NCBI GenBank assembly: GCA_016861245.1
Contig: BOKZ01000001.1
Location: forward strand, 188,347-252,346
Direction: 5' to 3'
Source of the DNA: Patescibacteria group bacterium
Lineage (GTDB): Bacteria > Patescibacteriota > UBA1384 > 2-12-FULL-50-11
Length of the DNA stretch: 64,000 nt
Each line of letters opens with the position of its first letter. The first letter of the stretch is position 1. Under the pieces are notes generated by a model. It had not been told where the DNA came from, searched no databases, and saw only the letters and a program-made list of their open reading frames with translations. Below are positions 39,170 through 47,568 of the stretch, piece by piece. A program made the position numbers and the translations under genes.

Positions 39170-40747
39170 ATGGCGAGGGATTTGCGCTCAGTTGTACGGA
39201 GCTTCGATCGACAGCAAGAAGAAGAGCAGGTTGCGCTCTTTGCGTCGCAGAAGGGCTTGCCGTACGTTAACCTAGTAAATTACCCATTCGTCGGTGATGT
39301 CTTAAATATTATCCCCGAAGAGCAAGCGCTTCAGTATCGACTAGTGGCGTTTATGCGACTCGGTCAAACTGTGCGCGTTGCCACTCCGGATCCGTTCCAA
39401 CAAGGCTTAGCCGAGACGATGAACGAATTGGGCGCTAAAATCGGCATTACATTCGAGCCGTATATCTGCTCAAACACCTCGATCGCTTACGCGTTGTCTC
39501 GATATCCGTTACTGGTACAAAAGCCAAAACCAACTTCGATCCAACAATCGACAAAAGAAGAATTCGCTACTCAGATTACCGGCCTTAAAGATCTCCAGGC
39601 AGCGATCGGTCGGGTATCCACTAGTGAGTTATTAGATACGATCATCTCCGGTGCGGTTGCGCTTGAGGCGTCGGATATCCACTTCGAGCCGATGGAGTCT
39701 TCTGTCCACATCCGATTCCGTATCGACGGCCGATTACTACCGATAATCGAGATCCCTGAAAAGTCGTACCACGCGTTATCGTCCAGAATTAAAACTGCTG
39801 CCCATATTAAATTAGATATTAAGAAAGTCGCTCAGGACGGCCGAATGACGGTCAAGATCGGCGAGACTCCGATCGATATTCGAGTTAACGCCATTCCGAC
39901 AACGTTTGGCCAAACTATCGAGTTACGCCTCCTTGCTAACCACGAAATGCTCTCGATCGACCAGCTCGGTTTTGCGCCAGCAACGCTCCAGGCGATTATG
40001 CAGTCGATCGCCAAACCAGAAGGCCTTATTCTTTTTACTGGCCCAACCGGCTCGGGTAAGAGCACTAGTCTCTACTCCGTCTTACAGATATTAAACAAAC
40101 CCGATCGCAAAATTATCACCTTAGAAGATCCTGTTGAGTACCGGTTGGATGGGATCGAGCAGGTTCAGATCGAACCAGCAGGCGAGACGATTAGCGTTAG
40201 CCATAAAGGGAAGGACGGTCAGACCAACGAGCAGGTTAGCACCGGCGCCTTCGATTTTGCGCAAGCGCTTAGGGCAGCGCTGCGCCAAGATCCGGATATT
40301 ATTATGGTTGGAGAAATTCGCGATAAAGAGACCGCCGAGATCGCTGTGAACGCCGCGCTGACGGGGCACTTGGTCTTAAGCACGCTCCACACCAACAGCG
40401 CACCGGCTGCGTTTGCCCGTCTTATCCAAATGGGCGTGCCGAAATACCTACTTGCTGACGCAATTTCGCTGGTGGTAGCGCAACGACTTGTCCGTAAGCT
40501 CTGCCAGTACTGCAAGGGGACTGGCTGCGAGCAGTGCAACAACACAGGCTTTAAAGGTAGAATCTTGATCGCTGAGCACTATATCCCAGATCAACAGACA
40601 GTTGAGCTGATTAAACGAGAGGCGACGCTTGGCGAATTTGAGCAGCAATTTACTGCCGTAGGCAACAAGACGTTACTTCAAGATGGTTTGGAGAAAGTTT
40701 CTCAGGGGTTAACGACTGAAGCTGAGATTAGATCAGTAACAGAGTAA
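39170..40747 (+). CDS. pilB: Type IV pilus assembly / GspE-PulE family ATPase
   Basis: ASDIHFEP, AQDGR, TGPTGSGKST, LRQDPDIIMVGEIRD, TGHLVLSTLHTN, CQYC...CEQC. Confidence 0.9.
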   Translation: MARDLRSVVRSFDRQQEEEQVALFASQKGLPYVNLVNYPFVGDVLNIIPEEQALQYRLVAFMRLGQTVRVATPDPFQQGLAETMNELGAKIGITFEPYICSNTSIAYALSRYPLLVQKPKPTSIQQSTKEEFATQITGLKDLQAAIGRVSTSELLDTIISGAVALEASDIHFEPMESSVHIRFRIDGRLLPIIEIPEKSYHALSSRIKTAAHIKLDIKKVAQDGRMTVKIGETPIDIRVNAIPTTFGQTIELRLLANHEMLSIDQLGFAPATLQAIMQSIAKPEGLILFTGPTGSGKSTSLYSVLQILNKPDRKIITLEDPVEYRLDGIEQVQIEPAGETISVSHKGKDGQTNEQVSTGAFDFAQALRAALRQDPDIIMVGEIRDKETAEIAVNAALTGHLVLSTLHTNSAPAAFARLIQMGVPKYLLADAISLVVAQRLVRKLCQYCKGTGCEQCNNTGFKGRILIAEHYIPDQQTVELIKREATLGEFEQQFTAVGNKTLLQDGLEKVSQGLTTEAEIRSVTE

Positions 40748-40758
40748 GTCTGACTACC

Positions 40759-40790
40759 AAAAAAGAGGGCCGAAGCCCTCTTTTCTTTTT
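40759..40790. terminator. Bidirectional terminator between pilB and the pilin cluster
   Basis: AAAAGAGGGC-CGAA-GCCCTCTTTT. Confidence 0.8.
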
Positions 40791-40798
40791 ATACAATT

Positions 40799-41176
40799 TT
40801 AGCGTTCGCCCGTGAGGAATGTCCCAACGTAGCGCAGAACCAAGTAAGCAACGAGAATGATGATAATACCGATTAAGGCGTTAATAATCCCTTGGCGCGC
40901 GGTCTGGGCTTTACCGGCGTCACCGCCAGCGGTGATGTATTGGAAACCAGAGATAACTAAGTAAAAGAAGGCGACGATCGCAGCGATCGTTAGTACTAAA
41001 CCGATCACTTGACCGAGCAAGTTATTGAACCTGTTGCCAGCATCAGCTGCACTGGTTGGCTTAAACGGACGCAAAAAGTTAAAGTCTCCGAGCGTAAAGC
41101 CGCTGGTTTTGGCTGGGTCGCTGTTACCACCGAACTGTGCCTGCACCGTTGGTATTATGTATTCAGTTAGTTTCAT
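40799..41176 (-). CDS. VirB2/TrbC-like (CPR T4SS-type) pilin, probable major subunit
   Basis: TM-GFQYITAGGDAGKAQTARQGIINALIG-TM; own SD GGAGG and upstream TTGACA. Confidence 0.85.
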   Translation of the reverse strand: MKLTEYIIPTVQAQFGGNSDPAKTSGFTLGDFNFLRPFKPTSAADAGNRFNNLLGQVIGLVLTIAAIVAFFYLVISGFQYITAGGDAGKAQTARQGIINALIGIIIILVAYLVLRYVGTFLTGER

Positions 41177-41234
41177 TTATCCTCCCGTAATTAATCTACT
41201 CTTATTAAGAAATGAATTGTTCGCCTTGTCAAGG

Positions 41235-41603
41235 TTAGGCGTTTAAAACATTTTTTAGTAACTGCACGAGCAGATAGGAGAGCGTTGCGATAACTACACC
41301 TATCAGCGCGTACGTAATCGACTTCTTACCCTGTTCGACTTTTTTCTCATCCCCGAAAGCGGTCGTGTAAAGAAACGCCCCGTATAGCAAGTAAACAAAC
41401 GAGCCGATCGCTACGCCGAGCAGCAATAGACTCGTAAAATGGGTAATTGAGTCCGTAAGGCAGCTTGCCCCGGCGGTGCGAACCTTCTCTGGATCGGCAA
41501 TACACTCTGGAATAAGCCCGCCGCCAGTTAAAGCCGTGACACCGCTGCCGCTATCTTGCGCTGCCGCCGAACCGATCCCGAGTAGACTAAGAATTATTTT
41601 CAT
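41235..41603 (-). CDS. VirB2/TrbC-like pilin
   Basis: TM-GAFLYTTAFGDEKKVEQGKKSITYALIG-TM; Cys pair. Confidence 0.8.
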   Translation of the reverse strand: MKIILSLLGIGSAAAQDSGSGVTALTGGGLIPECIADPEKVRTAGASCLTDSITHFTSLLLLGVAIGSFVYLLYGAFLYTTAFGDEKKVEQGKKSITYALIGVVIATLSYLLVQLLKNVLNA

Positions 41604-42787
41604 GGCGCCTCCACTCTAATAACATATCTGGCTCCGGTTGAGGTCTTAATAATTACCTCGGCGGCTTCACCGCTTTGACCGTCTCCGGCGTAGCTAATAC
41701 CAAATAGTTGCGATTGTTGCCAGTTCTGGTCGTTGAAAGTAAATGTGTCTGGAGTAACAGTAACCGGTAGCTTGCCAGTTTTGGTAATCGTCACCGTCAC
41801 TTCTCCTGCCGGTGCGCTTAGCTGTAAGGCGAACTGTTCTGAGATCTGTGTGGTTAAGTCTCGAAGTAGAACGGTGCTTGGCGAGAAGTTGCTTGGATCA
41901 AAAACCAATATTGAGACACCGTTAGGATCGGCAGTAGCGCCAGAGGTAGCGGTGTTTTCGTTTGTAGTACTTGTGGAGTTATTATTATTGGCTGAATCAG
42001 GGATCTGAACTAGCGAGCCACGCTCGCCGATACCCGCAACGTAACGAACGGCAGCGAATGCTAGTAATGCAATGAGTATGCCAATAATCGCCCAGGTAAT
42101 ATTCTTTCGGGCTTTAGCCGTAACCGCCATATCGCCGCCAGATGTAATATATTGATAGCCGCTGTACATAATGCTAAAGAACGCACCAAGAGCGATTAGT
42201 ATAAGTAAGAGTTGGATCAACCTGTCAAACAGACCGCTTATTTCTAACTGCGAGAAACCCAGTCCCTTTAAGTCGTCAGTCGTAATGTTCTCAGCCAACT
42301 TTGTGGGATCACCGCCGCCTGAGCCGCCGGTGCCAGAACCGTTGTTATTACCGCTGCCGCCGTTATTTTCAGAACTACCTTCAACAGTAAATAGTATTTC
42401 TCGCGTCGATAAGCCGTTACCGGATATGATAATTCGCCCGCGTGCCCCGGGTTGGGCCGTCCCCTGGTACTCTAAAACAAGTCGACGACGGCGATTCCAG
42501 TCGTCTCGTGTAAAGGTTAAGTCGTTGCTGCCAGACCAGTAAAAAACGGCGGCGCCCTGGTGTCTGACTTCGAGCGTCACTGGGCTGCTCGGCGCCTCAG
42601 AGAGCGCGATATAAACCGGCCAACTCGATTGCCCAGCGTCTTTTGGCACCGTAAAACTACTTACCCCTTCTTCGCCGGTCGCTGCCTTAAAGATCCGGAT
42701 CGACGGCGCTGCCAACGCTTCGTGGGCAGGAAATTGGAGCGTAACTACACCAATAAGCGCAATGAGAGCGATAAGAATTTTTTTCAT
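41600..42787 (-). CDS. VirB2-like pilin fused to two Ig/Calx-beta-like domains
   Basis: Central SGYQYITSGGD...KARKNITWAIIG; flanking repeats LTFTRDDWN and FTFNDQNWQ. Confidence 0.7.
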   Translation of the reverse strand: MKKILIALIALIGVVTLQFPAHEALAAPSIRIFKAATGEEGVSSFTVPKDAGQSSWPVYIALSEAPSSPVTLEVRHQGAAVFYWSGSNDLTFTRDDWNRRRRLVLEYQGTAQPGARGRIIISGNGLSTREILFTVEGSSENNGGSGNNNGSGTGGSGGGDPTKLAENITTDDLKGLGFSQLEISGLFDRLIQLLLILIALGAFFSIMYSGYQYITSGGDMAVTAKARKNITWAIIGILIALLAFAAVRYVAGIGERGSLVQIPDSANNNNSTSTTNENTATSGATADPNGVSILVFDPSNFSPSTVLLRDLTTQISEQFALQLSAPAGEVTVTITKTGKLPVTVTPDTFTFNDQNWQQSQLFGISYAGDGQSGEAAEVIIKTSTGARYVIRVEAP

Positions 42788-43080
42788 TGTAATCCTAGAA
42801 GCGGAATTAAAACTCGTATTAACAATAACAGCCCAAAACCAACAAGCGCTCCGACGATCATATCTTTGCCATCTTTAGCCTTACTCTCGTCACCGCCACT
42901 CGTTGCGTACTTGAATGCGCCGTAGACGATCATCAAAACGGCTAACGCCGCGGCGATATTTACTGCCAATTTAATTAGATCGAGAAAATACTCCTTAAAC
43001 GTAGTATACGTTCGCTTATCACCTGTTAACGGTACGTTGATCTCGTACGCTAGCGCCCGACTTACAAACCAGTCTAACAT
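42784..43080 (-). CDS. VirB2/TrbC-like pilin
   Basis: TM-GAFKYATSGGDESKAKDGKDMIVGALVG-TM. Confidence 0.85.
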   Translation of the reverse strand: MLDWFVSRALAYEINVPLTGDKRTYTTFKEYFLDLIKLAVNIAAALAVLMIVYGAFKYATSGGDESKAKDGKDMIVGALVGFGLLLLIRVLIPLLGLQ

Positions 43081-44438
43081 TACGGTGTTACAAATATCTT
43101 GAAGCGCTCCGCCGCTGAGTCGGCGCTGTTTTGAGCGGTCTTCCCGAGTATTACAACTTGGCGGATCGCGTCTTGGAAGATCTCATCTGTCTGCTGCCAC
43201 TCAGGTTTTACAAATTGTTTTGCTGTTCTAAATTGAAGACGGACTAACTCCGCCGCTTCACTTGGCAGCTTGAGCGATGGCACAATAATTGTCGGGTTGT
43301 TGTATTTGGTCGCTGGTGGCTTATTAGTTTTTTCTGAGTATTTCTGCTGCACTAACTCGTTAGCCATGTATGATAGATAATTCCATGAGAGTTGCGGCTG
43401 CGTTGTTTCTGAGTTAACAATGAACGACCAAGTGGTGGCGTAATCAACTCGGTCTGTTTTTTCCTGTCGCTGGACCAACGGAACCACTCTAATCTCAAAG
43501 TTCGGATCTCGATTAAGTATGGTCTGTAACGTTGAGTAGTAGCCGATGAGGGCGCCTGTTTTTTGATTAACAAACGTATCGATCGGATTACCCATCGTAT
43601 CGTTCCAGGAGTAATTCGACTTATCGACTCTGGCAAAGCTGGTATAGAAATCTAGTACGTCGGTCGCCGGGAACTCGGCAACGCCGCCCTTAAATCTGGC
43701 CAAGTTAAAACCGACGTTCTTCTTGTCCTCGGTTAGAATAGCTACCTCGGCCTGAGTCATAAACGCTGTTAGCACGTCGCTTGGCGCGAACGTTGTGTCT
43801 ACTGTACCGAGTGCAATCGCGGAGCGCTGAATCGTTGCTTCCTTGCGCTGGCTAACTACTGCGCTCTGGCTTGATAGGTCGCTCCAAGTGGTTGGCGTAA
43901 CCCCGAGAGTCTTTTTTCCAGCCTCGTCAGCGGCGTTGGCGACGTTATTATAAAAATCTAAATTATAAAGCATCATCAGCGAGTCGGCTGTGAGCGGGAT
44001 ACCGTATAACTTATTCTCAAACACGTTTAGGTCCACCAGTGCTGGTTCGATTTTAGTTTTAGCTAGCGCGATCGGATCTTCCTCGGGGTTTGAGACCACT
44101 GCCGCCAAGCTTTTTGGTGCGTGCTTCGGAATCCAATCGTTTCGAACTAACCAAATATCAGGGCCGTCGCCGTCGGCGATGGCGTTAACTACACGCGCCT
44201 CGTACTCCTTGGCATCTTTGGCGTCGATAAACTCAAATTCCAAACCAACACCTGGGTTGGCGTCCGTAAAGTCTCTCGATATCTCCTGGTAAATCTTCTT
44301 TTCGTCAAACGGCGACCAGATTTTGAGCACTTTGTCTTTAGGCGCAGAGTCGCCGGCGCTCCGTACGAGAAAAATAATTAGCGCCGTTATAACAGCGGCT
44401 CCGATAAGACCAAGTAGTAATAAAACCCCTCGCTTCAT
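43080..44438 (-). CDS. Membrane-anchored extracellular solute-binding protein (sugar-binding family 1-like)
   Basis: N-terminal TM, LKIW, GDGPDIW, LYGIPLTADSLMMLYN, PTTWSD, AWxYL-type motif. Confidence 0.82.
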   Translation of the reverse strand: MKRGVLLLLGLIGAAVITALIIFLVRSAGDSAPKDKVLKIWSPFDEKKIYQEISRDFTDANPGVGLEFEFIDAKDAKEYEARVVNAIADGDGPDIWLVRNDWIPKHAPKSLAAVVSNPEEDPIALAKTKIEPALVDLNVFENKLYGIPLTADSLMMLYNLDFYNNVANAADEAGKKTLGVTPTTWSDLSSQSAVVSQRKEATIQRSAIALGTVDTTFAPSDVLTAFMTQAEVAILTEDKKNVGFNLARFKGGVAEFPATDVLDFYTSFARVDKSNYSWNDTMGNPIDTFVNQKTGALIGYYSTLQTILNRDPNFEIRVVPLVQRQEKTDRVDYATTWSFIVNSETTQPQLSWNYLSYMANELVQQKYSEKTNKPPATKYNNPTIIVPSLKLPSEAAELVRLQFRTAKQFVKPEWQQTDEIFQDAIRQVVILGKTAQNSADSAAERFKIFVTP

Positions 44439-44480
44439 ATACAGCTAGTGTAGAGCGAATACCGCTACTCGGCAACGGGA

Positions 44481-44864
44481 CTACCCAACCTGAACCTTAA
44501 GTACTCGGGTTTTGGTTTTCTCTTGTTTTGGAATCTTAATTGTGAGAATTCCGTTTCGAAGCGACGCCTCGGCTTTAGCTGCGTCTACAGATACTGGAAG
44601 GATGTAAGAGCGCATAAACGAGCCCCAGTAGCACTCTTGGACAAAATAGTTCTGGCGCTCAACGTCTGCCTCGTTACGACGCTGCCCCTTAATTGTTACA
44701 ACCTCATCAGTAATCGAGATCTCAAGATCTTCAATACTAACACCGGCGATTGGTGCCTTTAGTACAACGTTGTCCTCATCTTGATAGGCGTCGATCGCTA
44801 GCTGACCTTCTTCTGATTCGTCTTCGAGCCACTCCTCAGTAATGTGTTCTTCTTTACGTGCCAT
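44481..44864 (-). CDS. Hsp20/alpha-crystallin small heat-shock protein
   Basis: EGQLAIDAYQ, ECYWGSFMRS, ASLRNGILTIKIPK; start moved to ATG 44864. Confidence 0.92.
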   Translation of the reverse strand: MARKEEHITEEWLEDESEEGQLAIDAYQDEDNVVLKAPIAGVSIEDLEISITDEVVTIKGQRRNEADVERQNYFVQECYWGSFMRSYILPVSVDAAKAEASLRNGILTIKIPKQEKTKTRVLKVQVG

Positions 44865-44911
44865 TATAGATATATTATCCACTTGGGCGTACAAGTAAGT
44901 CAAGGAAAAAT

Positions 44912-45595
44912 ATGCTAAGAGCTCGTCAAAGTCGGTCGGTACTCGATTGGTTTAAGCGTTTACTATTTCCTGTTTATTGTCTGGGCTGTGGCTCCGAATC
45001 AGACTGGATCTGCCCACAGCGCCTGAAACAGCTGGAGATTATGAGTGATCGTCGCTGCGCGATATGTAAAAAGGCAGCGATCGGCGGGCTGTGCCCTAAG
45101 TGCCGGAAATTAACCCAACTAGACGGCGTTATCGCGCCGCTCGACTATCAGAACCCGTTAATAAAACAGGTGTTAAGTACTGCTAAGTACGACGGTGGGT
45201 GGGACGCTATTACCTGCCTGTCGGCTGCGCTGCACGAAGAGATAATCCGGCGACTACCAGAAGGTGATTGGTACTACGCTTATATTCCACAAACGAAACA
45301 ACGAAGCGCTAAGCGCGGGTATAACCAGTCGGAAATTTTTACTAAGCTACTTGCCAACGAGAGAATATTTCTGGGAATTAAGAAAATAAGAGAGACCGCT
45401 GCTCAGGCAACATTAACAAAGGCCGAACGCAGAACTAACTTGAAGAATGTGTTTAAGGTTGTTAATAAACCGCCTGAAGAGATCGTGCTTTGCGATGACG
45501 TTATTACCACTGGTAGTACTTTATCAGCCGTAGTAAGGCCGTTAAGAAAGGCGGGCGCAAAACGCATTTGGGCGATCACTCTGGCTCATGATTAA
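44912..45595 (+). CDS. comF: ComF-family competence protein (double zinc ribbon plus PRTase)
   Basis: LFPVYCLGC, CAIC, CPKC, RGYNQSE, DDVITTGSTL. Confidence 0.9.
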   Translation: MLRARQSRSVLDWFKRLLFPVYCLGCGSESDWICPQRLKQLEIMSDRRCAICKKAAIGGLCPKCRKLTQLDGVIAPLDYQNPLIKQVLSTAKYDGGWDAITCLSAALHEEIIRRLPEGDWYYAYIPQTKQRSAKRGYNQSEIFTKLLANERIFLGIKKIRETAAQATLTKAERRTNLKNVFKVVNKPPEEIVLCDDVITTGSTLSAVVRPLRKAGAKRIWAITLAHD

Positions 45596-45657
45596 CCTAA
45601 AAAGTAGTGACCCCACCCCTGATTTACGGTACAATACTCGAGTACCTTGCTCTTATT

Positions 45658-45744
45658 GGAGGCGTGGCTGAGTGGTTGAAAGCGACGGTCTTGAAAACCG
45701 TTGGGGGTGAAAGCTCCTCGTGGGTTCGAATCCTACCGCCTCCG
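45658..45744 (+). tRNA. tRNA-Ser (TGA)
   Basis: GGAGGCG/CGCCTCC acceptor, ACGGT-CT-TGA-AA-ACCGT, long variable arm; CCA not encoded. Confidence 0.95.
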
Positions 45745-45763
45745 CGACGACAAAGTCATATTA

Positions 45764-45784
45764 GCGCTCGTAGCTCAGCGGATA
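45764..45784 (+). repeat. 21-bp copy of the tRNA-Arg 5' end
   Basis: GCGCTCGTAGCTCAGCGGATA identical to 45841-45861. Confidence 0.85.
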
Positions 45785-45840
45785 CTGCAAGTATTCGTTC
45801 CGCCCAAGCTACTAACGCATTCGTTCATTACTTCACTCAT

Positions 45841-45913
45841 GCGCTCGTAGCTCAGCGGATAGAGCGTCCGGTTGCGGTCCGGGAGGCCACAGGTTCGATT
45901 CCTGTCGAGCGCG
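45841..45913 (+). tRNA. tRNA-Arg (GCG)
   Basis: GCGCTCG/CGAGCGC acceptor, TCCGG-TT-GCG-GT-CCGGG anticodon arm, GGTTCGATTCC; CCA not encoded. Confidence 0.92.
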
Positions 45914-45922
45914 CTAAACAAT

Positions 45923-45945
45923 AAGCCCACTTCTGTGGGTTTTTT
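45923..45945 (+). terminator. Terminator after tRNA-Arg
   Basis: AAGCCCAC-TTCT-GTGGGTTT followed by a T run. Confidence 0.7.
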
Positions 45946-45980
45946 GTTTAATGTACTGGGCAGGAACTGAACACCTGGAA

Positions 45981-45998
45981 GATTCCTGTCGAGCGCGC
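45981..45998 (+). repeat. 18-bp copy of the tRNA-Arg 3' end
   Basis: GATTCCTGTCGAGCGCGC identical to 45897-45914. Confidence 0.85.
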
Positions 45999-46001
45999 AA
46001 A

Positions 46002-46751
46002 TTACTTCTTTTTTGAACGAACTGTCACCGCCACTTTCGGCTTTGGAGCAACGAAGGTTTTCTGGATATAGAGCTGTTGGAGTAATTGGAACAGCGTTGA
46101 TGTTCCCCAATAGAGAGAGACGCCTGCCGGGAAGCTAAGCGCGAAGAAGTATGTCATTAACGGGAAGAGAAAGACAGACTGTTTCGAGATCATCACCATC
46201 GGATCTTTCGGATCGTTCGACACCGGTGGGTTTATCTTTTGCATATGGCGGGCTTGGAAGAATTGTAGGGCAGCGATTATTAATGGGAGGAAAATCCGAT
46301 CTGGTTTAGAGAGATCCAGGCCGAGGAAGTGAGTGTTTATAGTATCGAGATGCGGCGTAAACGAGTAGATAATGTCTGGTCGAATATCCTTCAAGCCGGC
46401 CACAAACACGTTGTAAAGGATAAGGATAACCGGCAATTGAATTAAGAGAGGTAAACAGCCCGCAAGCGGGTTCACGCCGTGCTCTTTGTAGTAGGCCATT
46501 AAAGCTTGGCTTTGCATCGCCCGGTCGTCTTTATACCGCTCTTGAATCTTCTTCAGCTCTGGCTGATGAACCCGCATTTGTAGCGGCGCGCGGATACCCT
46601 TAACTGAGGGTGCCCAAAGTAGAACTTTTACGACAATTGTTAGGAGAATTATCGCCCAACCGATACTGTGCCCCGGCACGAGCCAGGCGAAAAAGATGAG
46701 CAGGTTATATAACGGTTCGTATAGAATCGTCTTGAAGAACTCTTTAACCAT
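46002..46751 (-). CDS. yidC: Membrane protein insertase YidC/Oxa1 (short form)
   Basis: GWAIILLT, QPELKKIQ, GVNPLAGCLPLLIQLP, PAGVSLYW; synteny. Confidence 0.95.
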   Translation of the reverse strand: MVKEFFKTILYEPLYNLLIFFAWLVPGHSIGWAIILLTIVVKVLLWAPSVKGIRAPLQMRVHQPELKKIQERYKDDRAMQSQALMAYYKEHGVNPLAGCLPLLIQLPVILILYNVFVAGLKDIRPDIIYSFTPHLDTINTHFLGLDLSKPDRIFLPLIIAALQFFQARHMQKINPPVSNDPKDPMVMISKQSVFLFPLMTYFFALSFPAGVSLYWGTSTLFQLLQQLYIQKTFVAPKPKVAVTVRSKKK

Positions 46752-46762
46752 ATGGTGGAATA

Positions 46763-47005
46763 TTACTTTTTCTCGGGTACGGGGTCAAATCCGCCCGGAT
46801 TAAACGGGTGACATCGCGACACGCGCTTCAATCCTAGCGCTAATCCTCGGTACGGCCCGTGGCGTTTTACCGCCTCTTTTGTGTACTCAGAGCAAGTTGG
46901 GTGGTGTCGACAAGCTCCTGATGGGAAGAAGATTCTTAATAGGCCATGATCCGGTGAAAGCGTCCGCTGATAAAGTTCGATTAACCAGACTACAGCGATC
47001 GCCAT
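46763..47005 (-). CDS. yidD: Membrane protein insertion efficiency factor YidD
   Basis: YQRTLSP, CRHHPTCSEY, RCHPFNPGGFDPVP. Confidence 0.95.
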   Translation of the reverse strand: MAIAVVWLIELYQRTLSPDHGLLRIFFPSGACRHHPTCSEYTKEAVKRHGPYRGLALGLKRVSRCHPFNPGGFDPVPEKK

Positions 47006-47319
47006 TGTTTAATAATTGGCTGAAAGTATCGATACGGGCTGGATGGATCGTCTGGTAGTCGAGTAATGGTTATTACAACGTCTTCACTAAGTGGTAGTTG
47101 TTGATAGGGCTCAAGGATCGCCAAAACGCTTCGTCGAATTTTATTACGAACAACCGCCTTTTTACTTACTTTTTTAGAAACAACTACTGCAAACCTAGGA
47201 ACTCCTAAAGAGTTGGTTAGTTGAGTAACACTAATCGATTCGTAGTTACGACGCTTTCCTTCTTTAAAGACGCGTAAAAAATCGGCCTGTTTTTTCAGGC
47301 GGTGCTGGCGTTTAAGCAT
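46990..47319 (-). CDS. rnpA: Ribonuclease P protein component
   Basis: RLKKQADF, VVSKKVSKKAVVRNKIRR. Confidence 0.93.
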   Translation of the reverse strand: MLKRQHRLKKQADFLRVFKEGKRRNYESISVTQLTNSLGVPRFAVVVSKKVSKKAVVRNKIRRSVLAILEPYQQLPLSEDVVITITRLPDDPSSPYRYFQPIIKQWRSL

Positions 47320-47329
47320 GGCGACACTA

Positions 47330-47449
47330 TCAAACCGCTAGACGAGCGCGCCCTTTGCGGCGGCGACGCTGGAGTACTACAACAGATCGACCACGAAAAC
47401 CGTGAACCTTATTGCGTTTGCGCTTATTTCCTTGATATGTCCGCTTCAT
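47330..47449 (-). CDS. rpmH: 50S ribosomal protein L34 (39 aa; not in the ORF track)
   Basis: Hand translation [39 protein letters not shown]; between rnpA and dnaA. Confidence 0.92.
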   Translation of the reverse strand: MKRTYQGNKRKRNKVHGFRGRSVVVLQRRRRKGRARLAV

Positions 47450-47480
47450 TTAATCTTCGTTTGATTATTATTGTTCTGTA

Positions 47481-47509
47481 ATTGTACTATTTCTCGAGAA
47501 GTAAAGCAA
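47481..47509 (-). promoter_or_regulatory. rpmH operon promoter
   Basis: TTGCTT-17-TACAAT. Confidence 0.6.
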
Positions 47510-47531
47510 CGATTAACTCCTATACTTCTGA

Positions 47532-47567
47532 TTGACCCCTGTGGAAAACTCCTGTATTTTACCCACA
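47532..47567 (+). promoter_or_regulatory. dnaA promoter with overlapping DnaA boxes
   Basis: TTGACC-17-TATTTT; TGTGGAAAA (47540-47548) and TTACCCACA (47559-47567), each one mismatch from the consensus box. Confidence 0.65.
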
Positions 47568-47568
47568 G

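Noticed and set aside
45607-46110. ORFs 45607-45924 and 45775-46110
   Set aside because: Overlap two tRNA genes
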